Shown here: piece by piece, positions 12,926 through 26,963 of the stretch | Layout: the number at the start of each line of letters is the position of its first letter | How positions within the stretch are numbered: the stretch's first letter is position 1 | Origin: Takakia lepidozioides | Taxonomy: Eukaryota; Plantae; Bryophyta | DNA length: 64,000 bases | Reading direction: 5' to 3' | Assembly: GCA_030704615.1 (NCBI GenBank) | Contig: CM060731.1 | Location: 47,182,001-47,246,000 of the forward strand | The notes under the pieces: generated by a model | Told to the model about the DNA's origin: nothing | Databases searched by the model: none | Seen by the model: the letters and a program-made list of their open reading frames with translations, nothing else | Made by a program: the position numbers and the translations under genes

Positions 12926-14126
12926 ATGGACAAAAGCATGTTGCATTCCCACCATCTGGGGTATCGTCCAGATGTGTCGCTTGTGGATTCAGACCAGTCA
13001 CCAACTGACGACGAGGGAGGTGGAGCTCACCTGTCGGATCATGATCACCATCTGGTTGACGACAATGATCACCAACTCATAACCATGGACGAGAATGTGG
13101 TGTTTAGAAAGCTGCAGGGCGCGAGGATGGGCCGAGTGTACAAGAAGAGCAATTGGTCTGTTGATGAAATGTTGGTGTTGCAAGTTGCGAACCGAGAAGA
13201 CCGAGATAGGGTTGAGAGAGGGTTGAACGGATCACACCAACCTGCTCATGAGCGATGGAATTGGATCGAAGACTACTGCTGGACGCTGGGCGTGCAAAGG
13301 AGCGCTCAACAGTGCCATGACAAGTGGGAGGGTATCTCCACCGTCTTCAAAAAAGTTTATAACATTGAGAAGCATGTTCCGAGCGGCCAGAAATCATACT
13401 GGCAGATGTCCACAGATGAAAGAAAGAAAAATAAGCTTGCCCCAAACTTTCAGAGGCAGATCTTCAATGCGCTGTTGGAATGGTATAACAGCAGGAGCAA
13501 GATTGTCGATCCTGGTGAACTTGTTGTTGACACATCCGCTCCTATGTGCTATACAGGTAAGGTTTGCCTTGAACTTGCCATGGATGTTGGTCTTGTATTT
13601 CTGAATTCTGAATGATAATACTCTCAGTTGTGGAATCTTTGCAAAGCAATAGTGCTTGGAGTGCTGGGTAGTCATGGCATATGGAAGGCTTAGTGCTGTG
13701 TCTGATACTAAGCAGAAATAAAGACTCTATGGTGCCTTTGATCATATTTTAATTTCAGGAGCCAACCCAGACTTCTCAGATTCAGAGGAGGAGAGTGACG
13801 AGGAGATCAGCAGCCCTAGCCGGTCAGGTAAGAAGCGAAAGCTGGGGGTGCTGGGGGTGCTGGGGGTGCGAAACAGTGAGGAAGGTCTCGCCATGATCTT
13901 AATGCGCAACAACAAGAGAGTTGTTGATGCAATGATGGAATCTGAGAACAGGAAGGACAAGCGGCACAAAGAGGACATTGAGATGGAGAAGACTAAACTA
14001 GAGTTAGAAAAGGAGAAGTTCAGGGGTGCCATGAAACTTGCCAGTGGTTACATCACTGCATTGAATAGCATTGGTGATGGTCTCAAACAGCTTAGTGCGG
14101 CCCTCATTGCCAATGTTCATTCATGA
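12926..14126 (+). CDS. Trihelix transcription factor (Myb/SANT-like DNA-binding domain, SH4/ASR3-like clade) with C-terminal coiled coil
   Basis: Exons 12926-13556 and 13759-14126 are in frame. Motifs: NWSVDEMLVL, RWNWIEDYCW..GVQRSAQQCHDKW, SYWQMSTDERKKNKLAPNF, NLS-like GKKRK, E/K-rich helix. Confidence 0.88.
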
Positions 14127-17100
14127 CATTTCTACACTATCAGCAGTTCAGGTTGCAACATAAGGGTTGATCCAGCTCTCTGGCATGGATTTTGGGTGTG
14201 GTATCCCGATCATTTCTAGTTCTGGATATCTTGGCCCTGAAATTGATATGGTGAACCTTCCATCTGCAAATTCATCTTTCTTGGAGCCTCTAGAGCTGCC
14301 CAAGCCATTGACTGTCGTTGAGTTTGAAGGGATGAATTTGTATTTTATCTGACAGTTTCACAACAAGTGGAATTTGTATGAACGTGAATTTCTATAATTC
14401 ATTTACTGTCAGTTTACGTGTCAGTTTAATCTTTAGGCTTTATTGGAAGTCCTGTAGCATCTGCTGCCGTTCAAAGTGTTTACTGCTTGCACCACTCCCA
14501 CATCTGGTACTGATCCAATCAGGGGTTCAGAGTGTCAAGCAGCTGGATTCTAGTATTGGTACTGATCCCACTCTCCCAAGTAGTTTCAGGAGGTGAGTCA
14601 TAGCACTCGGAGGAAATGAAATGGTACTTTATAACGTCCGCTGGAAGCTCAAAGAGCGTATGGGACAAGAGGAAGAAAGAATCAAGATAGAGAGAGGGGC
14701 CACAAACAGTCCTAGTGAGGAGGATGAAAGGTAGGCGTTTTTAATGGCCTCCCTTGCCATGGTTCATTCAGCTTGAGGGCAGGTGCACACGACCTTTGTC
14801 CTGATACTGTGGAGATAATGTGGAGATACTTTGAGAGTCTGGGACAGAACCCACAAATGTGCAAAGTGCTAGGTTAGCACAAGACAATGTTTGTCTGTAC
14901 TTGGTGTCATACTCTCGTCCTTGGCGAGCAGCTTGTGGCTTCTATAGGCTAATTCCTTGTGACATGTGCAGATATACACGCAGTACACGGATTCACAAGG
15001 CAGTCAAATTGTCCTGGCACTGTGCCATTGAACTGGGTAGTATAAAAACCTCCAAGCCTCTTCAAGTACAACCCTTGATAAGTTGCAAATGAGCACAACA
15101 CAGCACAGACACACAGCCAAATGACACCGAAACAGCAGGCACCCCTGCAAATTGTATCTGGATTGTGGTTGCAGGTGAAAAGTAGAGAACAAATGAAATC
15201 AACGATTGGAAATCTTAGCTATGCAGGGGTGCCAGAGCAGACTCATATTTCCTCGAGATTATACAGAACTATTCAGTGCAGGAAGTGGAGCTTCGGTGCA
15301 TGATGTGGGCAACTGCAGCCAAGATAATATGATAGCAACAATCTGCTTTTGTGAGTTTGCGCAGCTGTCTTTAGCTTCATGATATACCCTGAAACCTAAT
15401 TTCATAACTCAACTCCTGGATAGTAATCAGTTCTCTCGGACTAGTTCAAACAATTCTCAGAGCTGCTACTTTGCTGAATTGCTGCTTGCGCGAATCACCC
15501 TTCCCAACCCTATGCCTTTTTTACTGCATCTTTCACTATGGTCCTATCCTCGCAAATTGGTGGCCCCTTACCTCCTCATACTGCTACTGCTTCCTCTCTC
15601 CCTACTCAATTCAAAAATGCAATCTCAGTCATGCAGTTATTCGTTCCCAAGCACTATTTAGTTGTATTTTCATCCACCACATGGCCGAGTTAGTTAGGAC
15701 ACAAGGTTGTCTTGTGAGTTGAAAACCACATAGATGTATGTTGGATGTCACCTATTGTAGCCAGCCAAGCTAAGGGGGATTTATTGGATCAGCCAGACAC
15801 CTAGTGTATGTGGGGAAGAGTCGGTTGGGTATCAATGTTCCACATATTATCAGAATATTCAAAGAACATATTGCAGCAAAACGAAAATGTGCTGGGGGCG
15901 AGACAATTGCGACACTAATGCAAATCGGCCCCGGGTTGTTATTTTTTCCACTTCCTTGTACCTTCAAACATTCCATTAATAAAATTCCAGGGCCACTGTC
16001 CCCTGTTCTGTATTAAAATTTAAAATTATTTAAATCTAAATCTAAATAAATAATTTCTTTTATAAAAAAAAGCAAATCTCTGATTACATGGTGACAAGGC
16101 CTCCGCCCAACATGGTTACAGAGGGATTTACCAAAATTCTCATCCTCTGTTGTTTTTTCTTCTAATTCACTACCACCGACCTTGTATGGTATAAAACAAG
16201 CCTCACAAGGCAATTGGCTCTCTTGCTTTGCTTTGGCACAACATAAGAGGAAGGTAAGACTAGGGAGCATGACTCAACACAACACACCAATCAACGCCTT
16301 GACCACATTTTCTCCATTGACTTGCAAGTCTCCGCAAAGTCTCTCTCTACAAGAAAGCCAACAAAATTTTAAAAGTCATACCAGGCTGGTATCTGCCAGG
16401 GTCTGGTGTCAGATTCAGGTACATCAAAATTACGTTCTGCCAGTTCTTTCTAACTAGCAGGTGTGATAGTTCAAAAGTGAAACTAGTGCTTCAAAGAATA
16501 GAGTGCATTTCATCTACTCCTCTTCAAACATATTAGCATCCCTAATCACTATCCCTAGTTAGTATCCCTACCATATTAGTATCCGAAAACTACCCTAAAC
16601 CCTACCCCTGCATCCTCACCCTCAGCCGGCGCATGCATGGTATTGTAGTGGTAGCGCAAGGAAGAAGACCATTGACAGGTCTGGTTTGCGCTATGGTTTA
16701 AGACGTCCATGTACCCTGCCCCACCAGGGTATTGTCCCCACCAGGGTCTTGCCCTTGCACATACCCGTATGATCCTTCATACCATTACCCTTACCCTAGT
16801 TGATACTTGATACCCGCCCCAAACCTATATACCGGTCCTCAAGTAGCCATCTCTGTCTAAGATCAATTCCTTTGGGTGCAAGCCGGTGGGTTGCCGGCCA
16901 CTCTTTGGCCAGCCACTGTTTTCTACTCAGGGGTGCAATTTTTTTTTGTAGGCAGAGGGTTAAGACATTACACCGTCAAAACTTTAAATAGTTTCTATGA
17001 GCAAAGAAACGCCTGCCTACAGCCATTACCAGGGGGTGTAATGGACTCTGGCTCATGCTTTACCCTACACATAGATTTCTATGTTATATTTTTGGTAACT

Positions 17101-17638
17101 CAGCCTTAGAAGCTAAGACCTTGCTCAGAGCAGCTGATATTCCTGAAGTTGACATACTTGGGGTACCGAGACTTCACTCCTCTCAGAGATCAAAGAAAGC
17201 AGACACTCCAACACCATGTCAAATCCCTTCAAAAGGGAAGTCGCTTTCCTCCCCCATCCTCAATTTTCAGAACTAGTTCACATGTGGTTTCTTGTACAGC
17301 AACATTCATCTTGATCGATGAGTGTCACTCCACTATATATCAATTGATCAATCAAAAAATGTAACTGCTGGGGGGAGGCATGTTGGAATATAACACATAT
17401 GTCACAATGTCAAGTGGTGGGATAGGGCTCAAAACTCACGTGCCTAGATTCTACCATTGTACACACCATCACTAAGTTCTGGGATCAAGATCCAGTGAGA
17501 CTCCAAACCTCTGTGAGCTTTCCATGAATGAAATGGGACCACATAAACACCATCTACCACCAACCCATCAGACTAAACAGTGAGCAAGATGAGCTCTAGC
17601 ATGAAGAAGCCATCCTCTTGATTCATTTCTGAAATACT

Positions 17639-20600
17639 TCAAGCATTTGTAGGTGGCATCCAACCTGGAAAGCCATGGCCTCCAGGGCCCCCAAAATTGG
17701 GCAGGTTACCTCCACCCCAGCCATAGTCCATCAAAGGCTGGTCAGGTCCAGGACCACCAGGGCCGAACTTTACTCGTTTTGGAGGAGGGCCAGGAGGAGG
17801 AGGAGGGAGGTGCCCAACATGGCCGCCCTCTTGAAAACGAGGCCCACCCATTGCCATAACCATGGGTCCAAAGTCGCCAGGAAAGTGTGGCCTATGCCCT
17901 CCTTGTCTGTCCATAGGTCCAAACCCATCCTGGGGATTAACATTCAAAGGCCGTTCACCCTCTTGCGGTAACCCCATAGGCAGGCCCGGATGTCTGGGAC
18001 GAACACCGCCATCTTGAAAATCCGGGGGTCCTGGAAGCTGTTGTGACATGGGCATGCGAGGATCTCCATAGGGATGAAACCTTGGAGAATCGAAGCGAGG
18101 CGCAAAGGCATGTCCCTCCTGCTGTGGCTGGAATGAAGGTGGGTAACCTGGAGGAGGATATGGGGGGGGAGGAGGAAGACAGCCTGGGGCTTGGTTTGAA
18201 GGAGTTGGCAACAACCGGTCTTGCCGCTTTTGAAGCTCTTGAGGGGGTTGATGAGGGACGGGGTGCGGACTATGGAGTTGGGGGGGTCCTTGTGACTGTT
18301 GGTGCTGCATCTCCCTTTCCCTCTCTCTTCCCCGCTGAATTTGCTGTTGTCCCATCTCTCTCTCTTGCTGCCACTTTAGCTGCCCTTCCCTTGCCCTCTC
18401 ATGGTCATTCTCCCTTTCTCTGTGCTGGTTATACAGTTCCCTGTCTTTCTGCCTCTGTTGTTGAGCCTCCCTTTCCTTGTCCCGGTGCAATTGTAGCTCC
18501 ACCTCGGATCCTTTCTCTTGTTGAGATTGTTGGTCCCCTACATGGAGATGGGGGTACTGCTCTGGCAATCGGAGCTCCAGAATTGGCCGGATCAACTTTG
18601 CTCCTTGTGAATCCTGCCGCTGCAATGACAAAGTTTTCATTGGTTTCCGCTGGAGGTCTTCCTTCTTGGGGACAGAGACCGATGACGAGGCTGTTTGCTG
18701 TGTTTGAGCTTGAGCTGGAGATTCTGGTGGTCGGAGCACTGCATTCTGCGGCACCTGTCATCATTGTCCCCTTACATTAAGTCAAACCCATAGCTTCATA
18801 GTCTGACTGACTCAACTGTCCATTCCAACACTCGATGGGTTTGAGTCCAATATTTAGGGCAACTTGTTACCAAACCCTTGTACTCCAACCAATCTGATTG
18901 GAATTTCCTTGCTGTTCAACCAGGATGCTACAAATGTGAGGCAAGATCCTACCTCATATTTAACAGCTGAGCTTATGTGTGTGCAAACTATAGGCATGTG
19001 TCTGTTGGTGTAATTGGGTCTGTGTGGAGGTGTGAGAGAGTGTGTGGGGGGGGGGAAAGACGTATGTATCAAATCTTGCTACTTGATACTCTTCAAGCTG
19101 GTTTAGACATATCACATTAGAGAACAACGGAAGTATCCAAGCACTCACACATACACAACAGCAATCCAGGAAATTGTGTACTGATAGGGCAGGCCATGAC
19201 ATCATACTAGAAAGCATGCACATTAGCCCTCCATCTCACCACTGATGTAGCCGCACTGGCAGTCCATAGCGAAGAAGAGGCATGACTAGCTGTCTGGGGA
19301 GAAATATGTGAAACATGTTTAGTGCTTCCAGTGCCAGTCCCACTACAGCGATAGAGAGATATAACCTCCTCATTGGACGACCCTGAAACTTTTGGATATG
19401 GTGGTATACTTGAGAGTAGTCCTCAAAGGGTATTTTACAATTACAAAGCCTATGCGGGTGTAAACTCTAGGATTTGGAGACCTAGACCTAGTTCTTTTTC
19501 AAGAGGGGATTTAGGGGTTGACATAGGAGCTGGGATGGACATCATACTATGGGAACATGATTTTGACTCGAGCACTGCTTTTGTCTGCACAAATTTGACA
19601 CTTGAGGCTCCGAATGTACTGCCAGTCATAGAGTCTGAGAAAAGAGCAGACAGGGAGGCATATCATGCTTCCAAGTGATCACCCTGGTTTGAGCGAGTCC
19701 AGGAAAAGAGAGGAAAAGACCCACCCACCTGAGAAAAAGCAAGGTGGAGACACTAGAATATATACTCACAGAGAGTAAGAAGAGAGTACCTGTGTCTGGG
19801 GAACAGGTGTGGGTGGAAGGTTCTGCTTCGTGGCTGATTTATTCCTATTGACCTCCGGATGTAAGAGCTGAGCATGAGCTTCAGTAACATGCCATTCGAA
19901 ATCAGGCCGTGCAAGAAATGAGCGCAGGCAACCAGGAGCTCCACAAATAAGAATGCCTTCTAACACGTCCATCTTCTGGATTCGTACTACCTTTTCATCA
20001 CATCTGCAAGCCTCCAAAGCAGCACATCACACCAAGTTGAGGATAAGCACAGAATACTAGACAGGGTGAACATGTGAACAGCGGAAGTCACAGCCAAAGA
20101 CAATCTGAATACAGGGAAAATAGTCTCATGGATTCGCGAGCCTCGGCTTCACACTCAAAAGTATCACGTTGATTCTGGCACTGCTGGGTAGACCATCTAG
20201 TTGGAAAGAGAGGTGGCAAATGTGCACAAGTAGGAGATAGAATGTACTCATGAGAGAGAGAGAGAGAGAGAAAGCATACAAGAAGCACATAGAGTCGAGC
20301 TTCGCACAAGTCAAGCAATACACATGCTCACACGGATCCTGCACCAGCTCACACACGTTTGTAAGTATCTCCTTAAGAACCATTTCCACAACAACGAAGG
20401 CCCCATTGAAAGTCACTTTATGGAGATTTGAAAAATTCGCCAATTGAGAGAGCCACTTCTCGGCAATACCTCGTATTGAGCTCCCACATTGCCGCAGGCA
20501 TACATAGGCCAAGAGCTTGTAAAACGTTATGTGAATCAGTCTTCTGCTCTGGCTAAACCTATCGAGCTTGTACAGGAGACAAAAATTACCCAGACATCTA

Positions 20601-21008
20601 ACACAGATGACCACTAACTATCAAAAGGCTTGCAGCTGATAACCCTCGCACACTAGGACGTCCAGAGCTGTCTTGTAGACATACCCCCAAACCCTAAACA
20701 GTGTTTCTGCGAGTGTGAGCCAGAAATCTTACCAGGCGCCCGTACACAGCGATGGGGAAATTGCAGCGCACACATATGTGCACTTTGTCGCCAAGCCGCC
20801 GACGGGCCTTCACCCCCACCAAGTTAATCACCGCCGCATCACTGCTCACAGTACCCAAACCTTTTGCCAAAGGCAAATCTGCGTCCACCAAATGTGGTGG
20901 GACTGAAGGCGCTTCAGGAGCAGCAGGAGCAGCAGGGGATGGGACAACCCCAGAATCCTTAGGCGTGCCGGCCCCATCCTTACTGAGACGAATTTTGAGG
21001 TTCACCAT
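17639..21008 (-). CDS. HAKAI: E3 ubiquitin ligase HAKAI homolog (m6A methyltransferase complex subunit)
   Basis: Exons 21008-20733, 20338-20280, 20003-19790, 18754-17639. Motifs: LKIRL, HLVDADLPLAKGLG, RRRLGDKVHICVRCNFPIAVYGRL-PCEHVYCLTCA..DSMCFLCDE (RING), C2H2 ICGAPGCLRSF...H...H, Q/P/G-rich tail. Confidence 0.93.
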
Positions 21009-22766
21009 CACCAACAGCTACTGTGAAAACTGCACTGGCATCTTCTCTGCAAACAAATACTCAGCTCCTCTGTCAAACACAATCTATGTCAACACCCCCA
21101 TTGCATCTCCTCCCCCCGACATGCGATTCTCCATGCCTTCAACCACATGGGTTCCTCGTCCCTCACCAGGACTGTTGCCCCCTGTAACTACAACCGGTTG
21201 AGACTTTGAGACCCTTGGCCTTAGGTCTCGGACAGCCCACTGGATGAATGATTCCCATCATCTACACAGTGCTGTGAAGGAGTCAATATAAACAGGTGGG
21301 TTGTCCTCTTATTGTCCCTCTGGGACTCCCTATTCATAGAACTATAGAGCAGAAAGCTGTTGGGGGCCCAATAGGGCAAATGCCTTATATTTAGAGAGGG
21401 GTTCCTGGCATTGTGCATTAGTGGGGCTTGTCACACTAATAAAACAGTCTCTATTCACATCTCCTCTCTTTCTATCTCATCATCCCTCAGAAGCTTCCTT
21501 TCACATCTCCCCTTTCACCTCTCTTCTTTCTCTATCTCATCCTGAGCAAAGAGTGAGAGAGATCGAGTGCAATGCCTGCTGGAGCTCTTTCCAGGAGTTG
21601 CTCCTGGGGGACTCCACATTTTACAAATGGATTCTCTTCCATACACAGGCAGTAACTTACCTCTTTCATTTCCCCAGTTGCATGCGGGGCATGTGAGACT
21701 CATTAATAATAGCTGGGAGACAAGAATCTGTCAACTGAAAGCTTCCTGTGATCAATTGAAATGCATTGCATGAATTGTGCAAATGAATTGTGCAAATAAT
21801 TCGCAGCTCTAGCAGACATGGACTGGGCAAAACAAATAGTGCTGCAACAAGTTCACTAGGAAGCTTGAGTGCCAGCGCATGGTTTGCCTTCTATTAAAAG
21901 TGGCTTCTGGGGTCATTACCACCACCAGGCGTCTGAACCATCATGGAGGGGCTCAAATAATTTTGTATATGCTTCTGCTATTCAACTTGTGTGGAGGAGT
22001 GAAGTGATGTTGTTATCTGTTGAAGTCGAGACACTGGGAGGAACTTGGTAAGTGTCCTAGAATCACATTGTCCAGTGGTGTAAGCAAAATGACATGGCCT
22101 AACACTGCACAGAGGAGAGCACTGCGTGACAAGGGCGGGCATGTCGTGACCACATTTTCACCACATTTTCACCATCGGCCAGAGTCAGTGGAATAAAGGA
22201 GGGGAACCACACAGAATGCAGGGGCACAAGAACCTATCAAGATGTGTGGCATGGACTTTGGGGTAGATGCTTTGGACCAAGAGAGTTGAAACCTTCTGGG
22301 GGATAGCAATTGGGAAGGGCACATATTCAATCCATTGAATTGGGCAGGGGAAGATTTCAGCCCAGTCCAAGTTCTTGTGCGGTGAGTCAAAATCCTGGAG
22401 GGCAGCCATCTTTAGAGGCAGCATTCTAATCCTCCTCCCGCTCTCCTCCCCATTCAGCGCTTTCATTGCCTGCTTGCTTCAAACAGGGTGTGGGGTGCAT
22501 TGGTACAACATTATGGGGCACGCACGCACACACACACACATTACTGTGACCTGTTAATTTGGTTCATTCTGCCAGTCTTCTTTGGGTGCATATCTTGCTC
22601 CTTCACATTTGGCAACATCCAGCTAGCTCCCTCTTTATTCTATGTCTAATCACCCCCACTTGCCCGCATAAAAATTGGCCCTCAATCTAAAAGCCATCTC
22701 CACTGCAGGTCTGAGCTGCATCAGTAACAGGAAAATTGACCCTCCAGCAGCAGAGCAAGCAACACA

Positions 22767-25049
22767 ATGGATGATTGGAATGACAATCCAGGACCAGGGG
22801 CCTACACCCCCAAGATACGGTCTGTCAACCCACAAGCACCCATTTATTCAATAGGTGCACGGACAAAGCAACATTCCAATGACAATCAACCCGGACCTGG
22901 CACATATGATCCTCGTCCAGACAGTAAAGGGCCTGCCTTCTCCATTCCAGGGAGAGGAGGAAGAAAATTGGGTGACCAGAATCCTGGCCCAGGAGCATAC
23001 ACATCAGATACACGATTCACTAAAATTGCAGCCCCATGCTACACCATTGCAGGCAGATTACCAGGCTATCATGGCAATAAAAATCCAGGCCCTGGAGCCT
23101 ATGAACCACGCAGGAAAAGGGATGGCCCGGCTTACACTCTTGCAGGCAGGCCACGGAATGCTGCATCGACCCGCACCCCAGGGCCTGGAGCATATGACAA
23201 TATGGCCCCATCAGGTGCGCCAGCTTATAGCATCGCAATGCGCGCCCCTGAATCTCAGAGCCAAGACTCACCCGGGCCAGGAGCGTATGATGCGAGGGTC
23301 CCAGCAGGGGTGCCGGCATACAGCCTTGCTAAGCGACTAAATACTGGGCACCCACAAGACATGCCAGGACCCGGAGCCTACAACGTAGACAAACGGGAGA
23401 GGGGTCCTGCGTACACTATAAGCAGCCGGGTGAAGGACCAGACAAGGTATGTGGGCCCAGGCCCCGGGGAATACAACCCAAATTTTGGACCAGGAGGACC
23501 GGCATACAGCATTGCCGGAAGGAGAGATGGTGACCTGGGAGCAGACAACCCTGGGCCCGGGGCTTATGATCCACACATGAGGCCAGGTAGCCCTTGCTAC
23601 ACCATTGCAGGCAGGTATGCCTTTAGCCCCCAAGACAATAATCCCGGGCCAGGAGCATACAACCCAAAGAACAAATCTGGTTCACCTGCATACAGCTTGA
23701 CAAGGAGACCCCACGGCTTGCTAGGCGAAAAAAATCCAGGACCTGGGACGTACTCACCTGACGTTCACTCATGTGTGTCGGCCTATAGCATTGCCTCCCG
23801 CTTTGATAATGACAAGATGAATGACAATCCTGGGCCAGGTGCGTACAACCTTTCACGAAAAATACCTGGACCTGCCTTTACTATTGCAGGGGCTGCACCT
23901 CCTGACAAAAGAGAACATGGCCCTGGCCCTGGTGCTTATAATCTGGACTCACCTAGCGCTTCACCAGCTTACACACTGGGGGCTAGACTTCCAGGGCATA
24001 CTAGCGATGACCAGCCAGGTCCAGGGACATACGATTTAAAACCTAGTTTCGATGGACCGGCTTATTCCATTCCCGGCAGAGGAAAGGGCACCAATGATCA
24101 AGGCATCCCAGGGCCAGGGACATACTCACCAGATATTCATTCTTGCGTGCCCGCTTACTCCATAGCCAGCAGGTTCGACATACACAACCGTGAAAAGACC
24201 CCAGGTCCCGGGGAATACAAACCAAATGTTCCATCTGGGGCTCCATGTTTTAGCATAGCAAGACGTGCTCATGATGTGAAGTTACATAGTACTCCAGGTC
24301 CAGGTGCCTATTCTTTACAATCAAAAAGTGATATGCCAGCTTATACGATTGCAAGCCGATATGATGCTAGTCCGTATGACTCTGGGCCCGGGCCAGGAGC
24401 CTACAACTTGCATACCTCAACAGGCGAGGGTCCTGCATACACCTTAGCAAGGAGGTTAGACATGTCATCCAATGAGGGGCAGCCAGGCCCTGGGACATAC
24501 TCACCGAAACCTGCTTCTGCAGCCCCAGCATATAGTATAGCATCACATCTGAAGCCGTCAGCAAACTTTATTGGGCCGGGGCCTGGAGAGTATGATCCAC
24601 ACTCAAGGTCTTCTGGCCCAGCCTACAGTATAGCTGATAGGGCCATTGGCCTTCCTCCCAATGACAACCCAGGTCCTGGCACTTACAATCCAGGAGGCCC
24701 AGGGAAAAGTTCTGCATATACCATAGCTGCACGGACTGAACTACCCCGGGACAATAGTGGTCCAGGACCTGGGGCCTACAGCCCCAAGATAAGATCAGCT
24801 GCTCCAGCCTTCAGCATCCCTGGACGGGCTGGCCCAGGGCCGAGGGACAATAATCCAGGGCCTGGATCATATGTATTACCCCGGGATCAGACATCAGCCT
24901 TCACTATTGCCACCAGGTTTGCTGACCGGGACAGTGATGACACCCCTGGGCCAGGTGCATACAACTTGAAGACCAAAATTGGAGGGCCTGCATACACCAT
25001 TGCAGGTAGGCATCCACGCCGCCGCCCAGGTGAGAAGAGACCAAAGTAA
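22767..25049 (+). CDS. Sperm-tail PG-rich repeat (SHIPPO-rpt / ODF3 / STPG-like) protein, 760 aa, 24 repeats
   Basis: Single uninterrupted ORF of 24 units of ~31 aa: xPGPG[ATES]Y-x7-8-PA[YF][ST][IL]xxR. In-frame TGA at 22737 upstream of the ATG. Confidence 0.88.
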   Translation: MDDWNDNPGPGAYTPKIRSVNPQAPIYSIGARTKQHSNDNQPGPGTYDPRPDSKGPAFSIPGRGGRKLGDQNPGPGAYTSDTRFTKIAAPCYTIAGRLPGYHGNKNPGPGAYEPRRKRDGPAYTLAGRPRNAASTRTPGPGAYDNMAPSGAPAYSIAMRAPESQSQDSPGPGAYDARVPAGVPAYSLAKRLNTGHPQDMPGPGAYNVDKRERGPAYTISSRVKDQTRYVGPGPGEYNPNFGPGGPAYSIAGRRDGDLGADNPGPGAYDPHMRPGSPCYTIAGRYAFSPQDNNPGPGAYNPKNKSGSPAYSLTRRPHGLLGEKNPGPGTYSPDVHSCVSAYSIASRFDNDKMNDNPGPGAYNLSRKIPGPAFTIAGAAPPDKREHGPGPGAYNLDSPSASPAYTLGARLPGHTSDDQPGPGTYDLKPSFDGPAYSIPGRGKGTNDQGIPGPGTYSPDIHSCVPAYSIASRFDIHNREKTPGPGEYKPNVPSGAPCFSIARRAHDVKLHSTPGPGAYSLQSKSDMPAYTIASRYDASPYDSGPGPGAYNLHTSTGEGPAYTLARRLDMSSNEGQPGPGTYSPKPASAAPAYSIASHLKPSANFIGPGPGEYDPHSRSSGPAYSIADRAIGLPPNDNPGPGTYNPGGPGKSSAYTIAARTELPRDNSGPGPGAYSPKIRSAAPAFSIPGRAGPGPRDNNPGPGSYVLPRDQTSAFTIATRFADRDSDDTPGPGAYNLKTKIGGPAYTIAGRHPRRRPGEKRPK

Positions 25050-26963
25050 ACTCCTGGGGTGGATGTCCTTTCCAGACTGATCACGTCCACAAGCTTGGGA
25101 CTGAAGATAGCTAGGCGATATGAAATGCTACATCAGGTTGAATGAGAACCACTGTAGAGAGAATCCATCATGACAAAATTTGAGGTTTGTGACTATTTTG
25201 GTTGCGATCCAAAAGAAGCAAACATTTTCAAGTAAGGAACCCGGTAATAATCCCCCGTTCCCATCTTTTCTTCCAGCCACTGATAATCTCTTTTAGATGG
25301 CCTCTGGCATGAACTGTGATAATGTCCCCATTATCTTTCCCTCTGCCCCTCTCTATGAGAACGAATTGGAGCTAAAATTCAACTTATTGAAGGCAACATC
25401 TTGTAAGTTCCAACACACTCTCAATAATGCCATGCTTGCCAAAAGTACTTCTCTTGCACATCATTCCAGTCAGAAAATCACCCCACAGATCCTACGTTCA
25501 CAGCTTTTCCAAAGCAGTAAACTGAACTCATCCTCACTCTTACAACAGCAACCCAAGTGAGCATAAAGCACTCTGCATTCAATTGCCACTCACATAATTT
25601 GCCTCTGAGCATTACATTAAGGAAGTGACCACCATCCCGAACCAGACACCAAGGGCGAGGTCTGAGGTTGGCAACCAACAAAACTAGTGTCCATAGCACA
25701 AAACAGAAAGCCAGGCGGCGGCAATGGACCAGCCTTAGACAGGAAACAGAAGCAAGCATCACCTGGCAACAATGGTATCCTTCCCAGCACTAACCGTATG
25801 GACAGAAAATCTCTTAAAACATAAGACCTTGTGGCATGATCGCCAATAGGGTTGGGTCCCTGTGGTAACTTCCACTTGCTCCTCCTCGTCTTCCTTATCA
25901 CATGAAAGAACGTAATGGTCAGTATGCCTCAAGTATTATGGCAATTTTAACGCCAGTAATCCGTCAGAGTACACCTCCAAGTGTTTGAAGATGTCTTCAA
26001 ATCTGGGAAGATGGATAGTGATTCAATACGGCCTCCAGTATATGCCAGCTGACTACATCAAGCATATGATGTGTACTCAAAGGAGAGGTAGAGGCTCGTA
26101 GAAGACCCCTGCCTGCATGTTCCCGCATAAATCGCGAAGGACAACTGAGAGACAGCTGATTTGCGCTAGACAAACTGTAGACGTATTCAGTTAAAAGTTG
26201 CAGTGGACTATCGTCCCTCCTCCTACAGTTCCAATGGAAGAGTTCTTCTATCTGTGTCGATCGCTGCCTCTGTCCGATTATACTTCACTAGTTGGCTTTA
26301 CCTCAAAGGACTAGGATTCAGACGCCAAAAAGAACATCATCTCTCATACATTAGCCAGCCTACAGAGGCTGACTCATATGCACACGCACACAACCACAGC
26401 TCCTTACATATAGAGACAATACCTACATTGCTGGTCTCATTTTCCAGCGGCCATCCGAAATAGCAGCCCGCCTTTATCTGCTCTTCAAACCCTGTGGCCA
26501 AGAGAGAACCCTTGAGGTTCTCCACACCTGATGTACCGAAGGATCATTAAGGGTGCCAAAAAGATCGGAGGAGGAAACGCAGACAGCTAGGGAGGAGGGG
26601 TAGGAGAACTGGCTCGGCTGACGGTTGGAAAATTCAACCGTTTACAAGGTCCCTCATGTTTGGGGGCCGACAGGGATTTACCCTCCTCTTCTCGCCTTCT
26701 TCTTACAGTCCTCCAAACCAACAGCGGTAGAGAGTTGCAAGAAGTATCACAAAGAACTGAAGACGAAGAAGTCCCTGACGATAAAGACTTTCCACGTCCC
26801 CGTCAAGAACGTTTAGGTCTTTTTCAGCTTTCCTGTTGCTGGCGCTGATGTCGATGGTCGCGATCGTTTTCTTTTCTCGTCCGATTGAGCGGCTTCAGAA
26901 TAGTCACTTCCAGAGACACTACGGTATGCACTCACAATTAAGACGTTGGAGACGGCAAGGTGC

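Noticed and set aside
18043-18780. 245-aa plus-strand ORF
   Set aside because: Antisense shadow of the low-complexity last exon of HAKAI.
22767-25049. CRISPR-like regularly spaced repeats (~93-bp period)
   Set aside because: The repeats are degenerate at synonymous positions and encode protein repeats; eukaryotic context and no cas genes.
25940-26660. Possible small minus-strand spliced gene divergent from NTAQ1 (exon-like 26422-26527, VENLKGSLLATGFEEQIKAGCYFGWPLEN)
   Set aside because: AG/GT borders exist, but I could not build a consistent, recognisable protein; needs RNA-seq or BLASTX.
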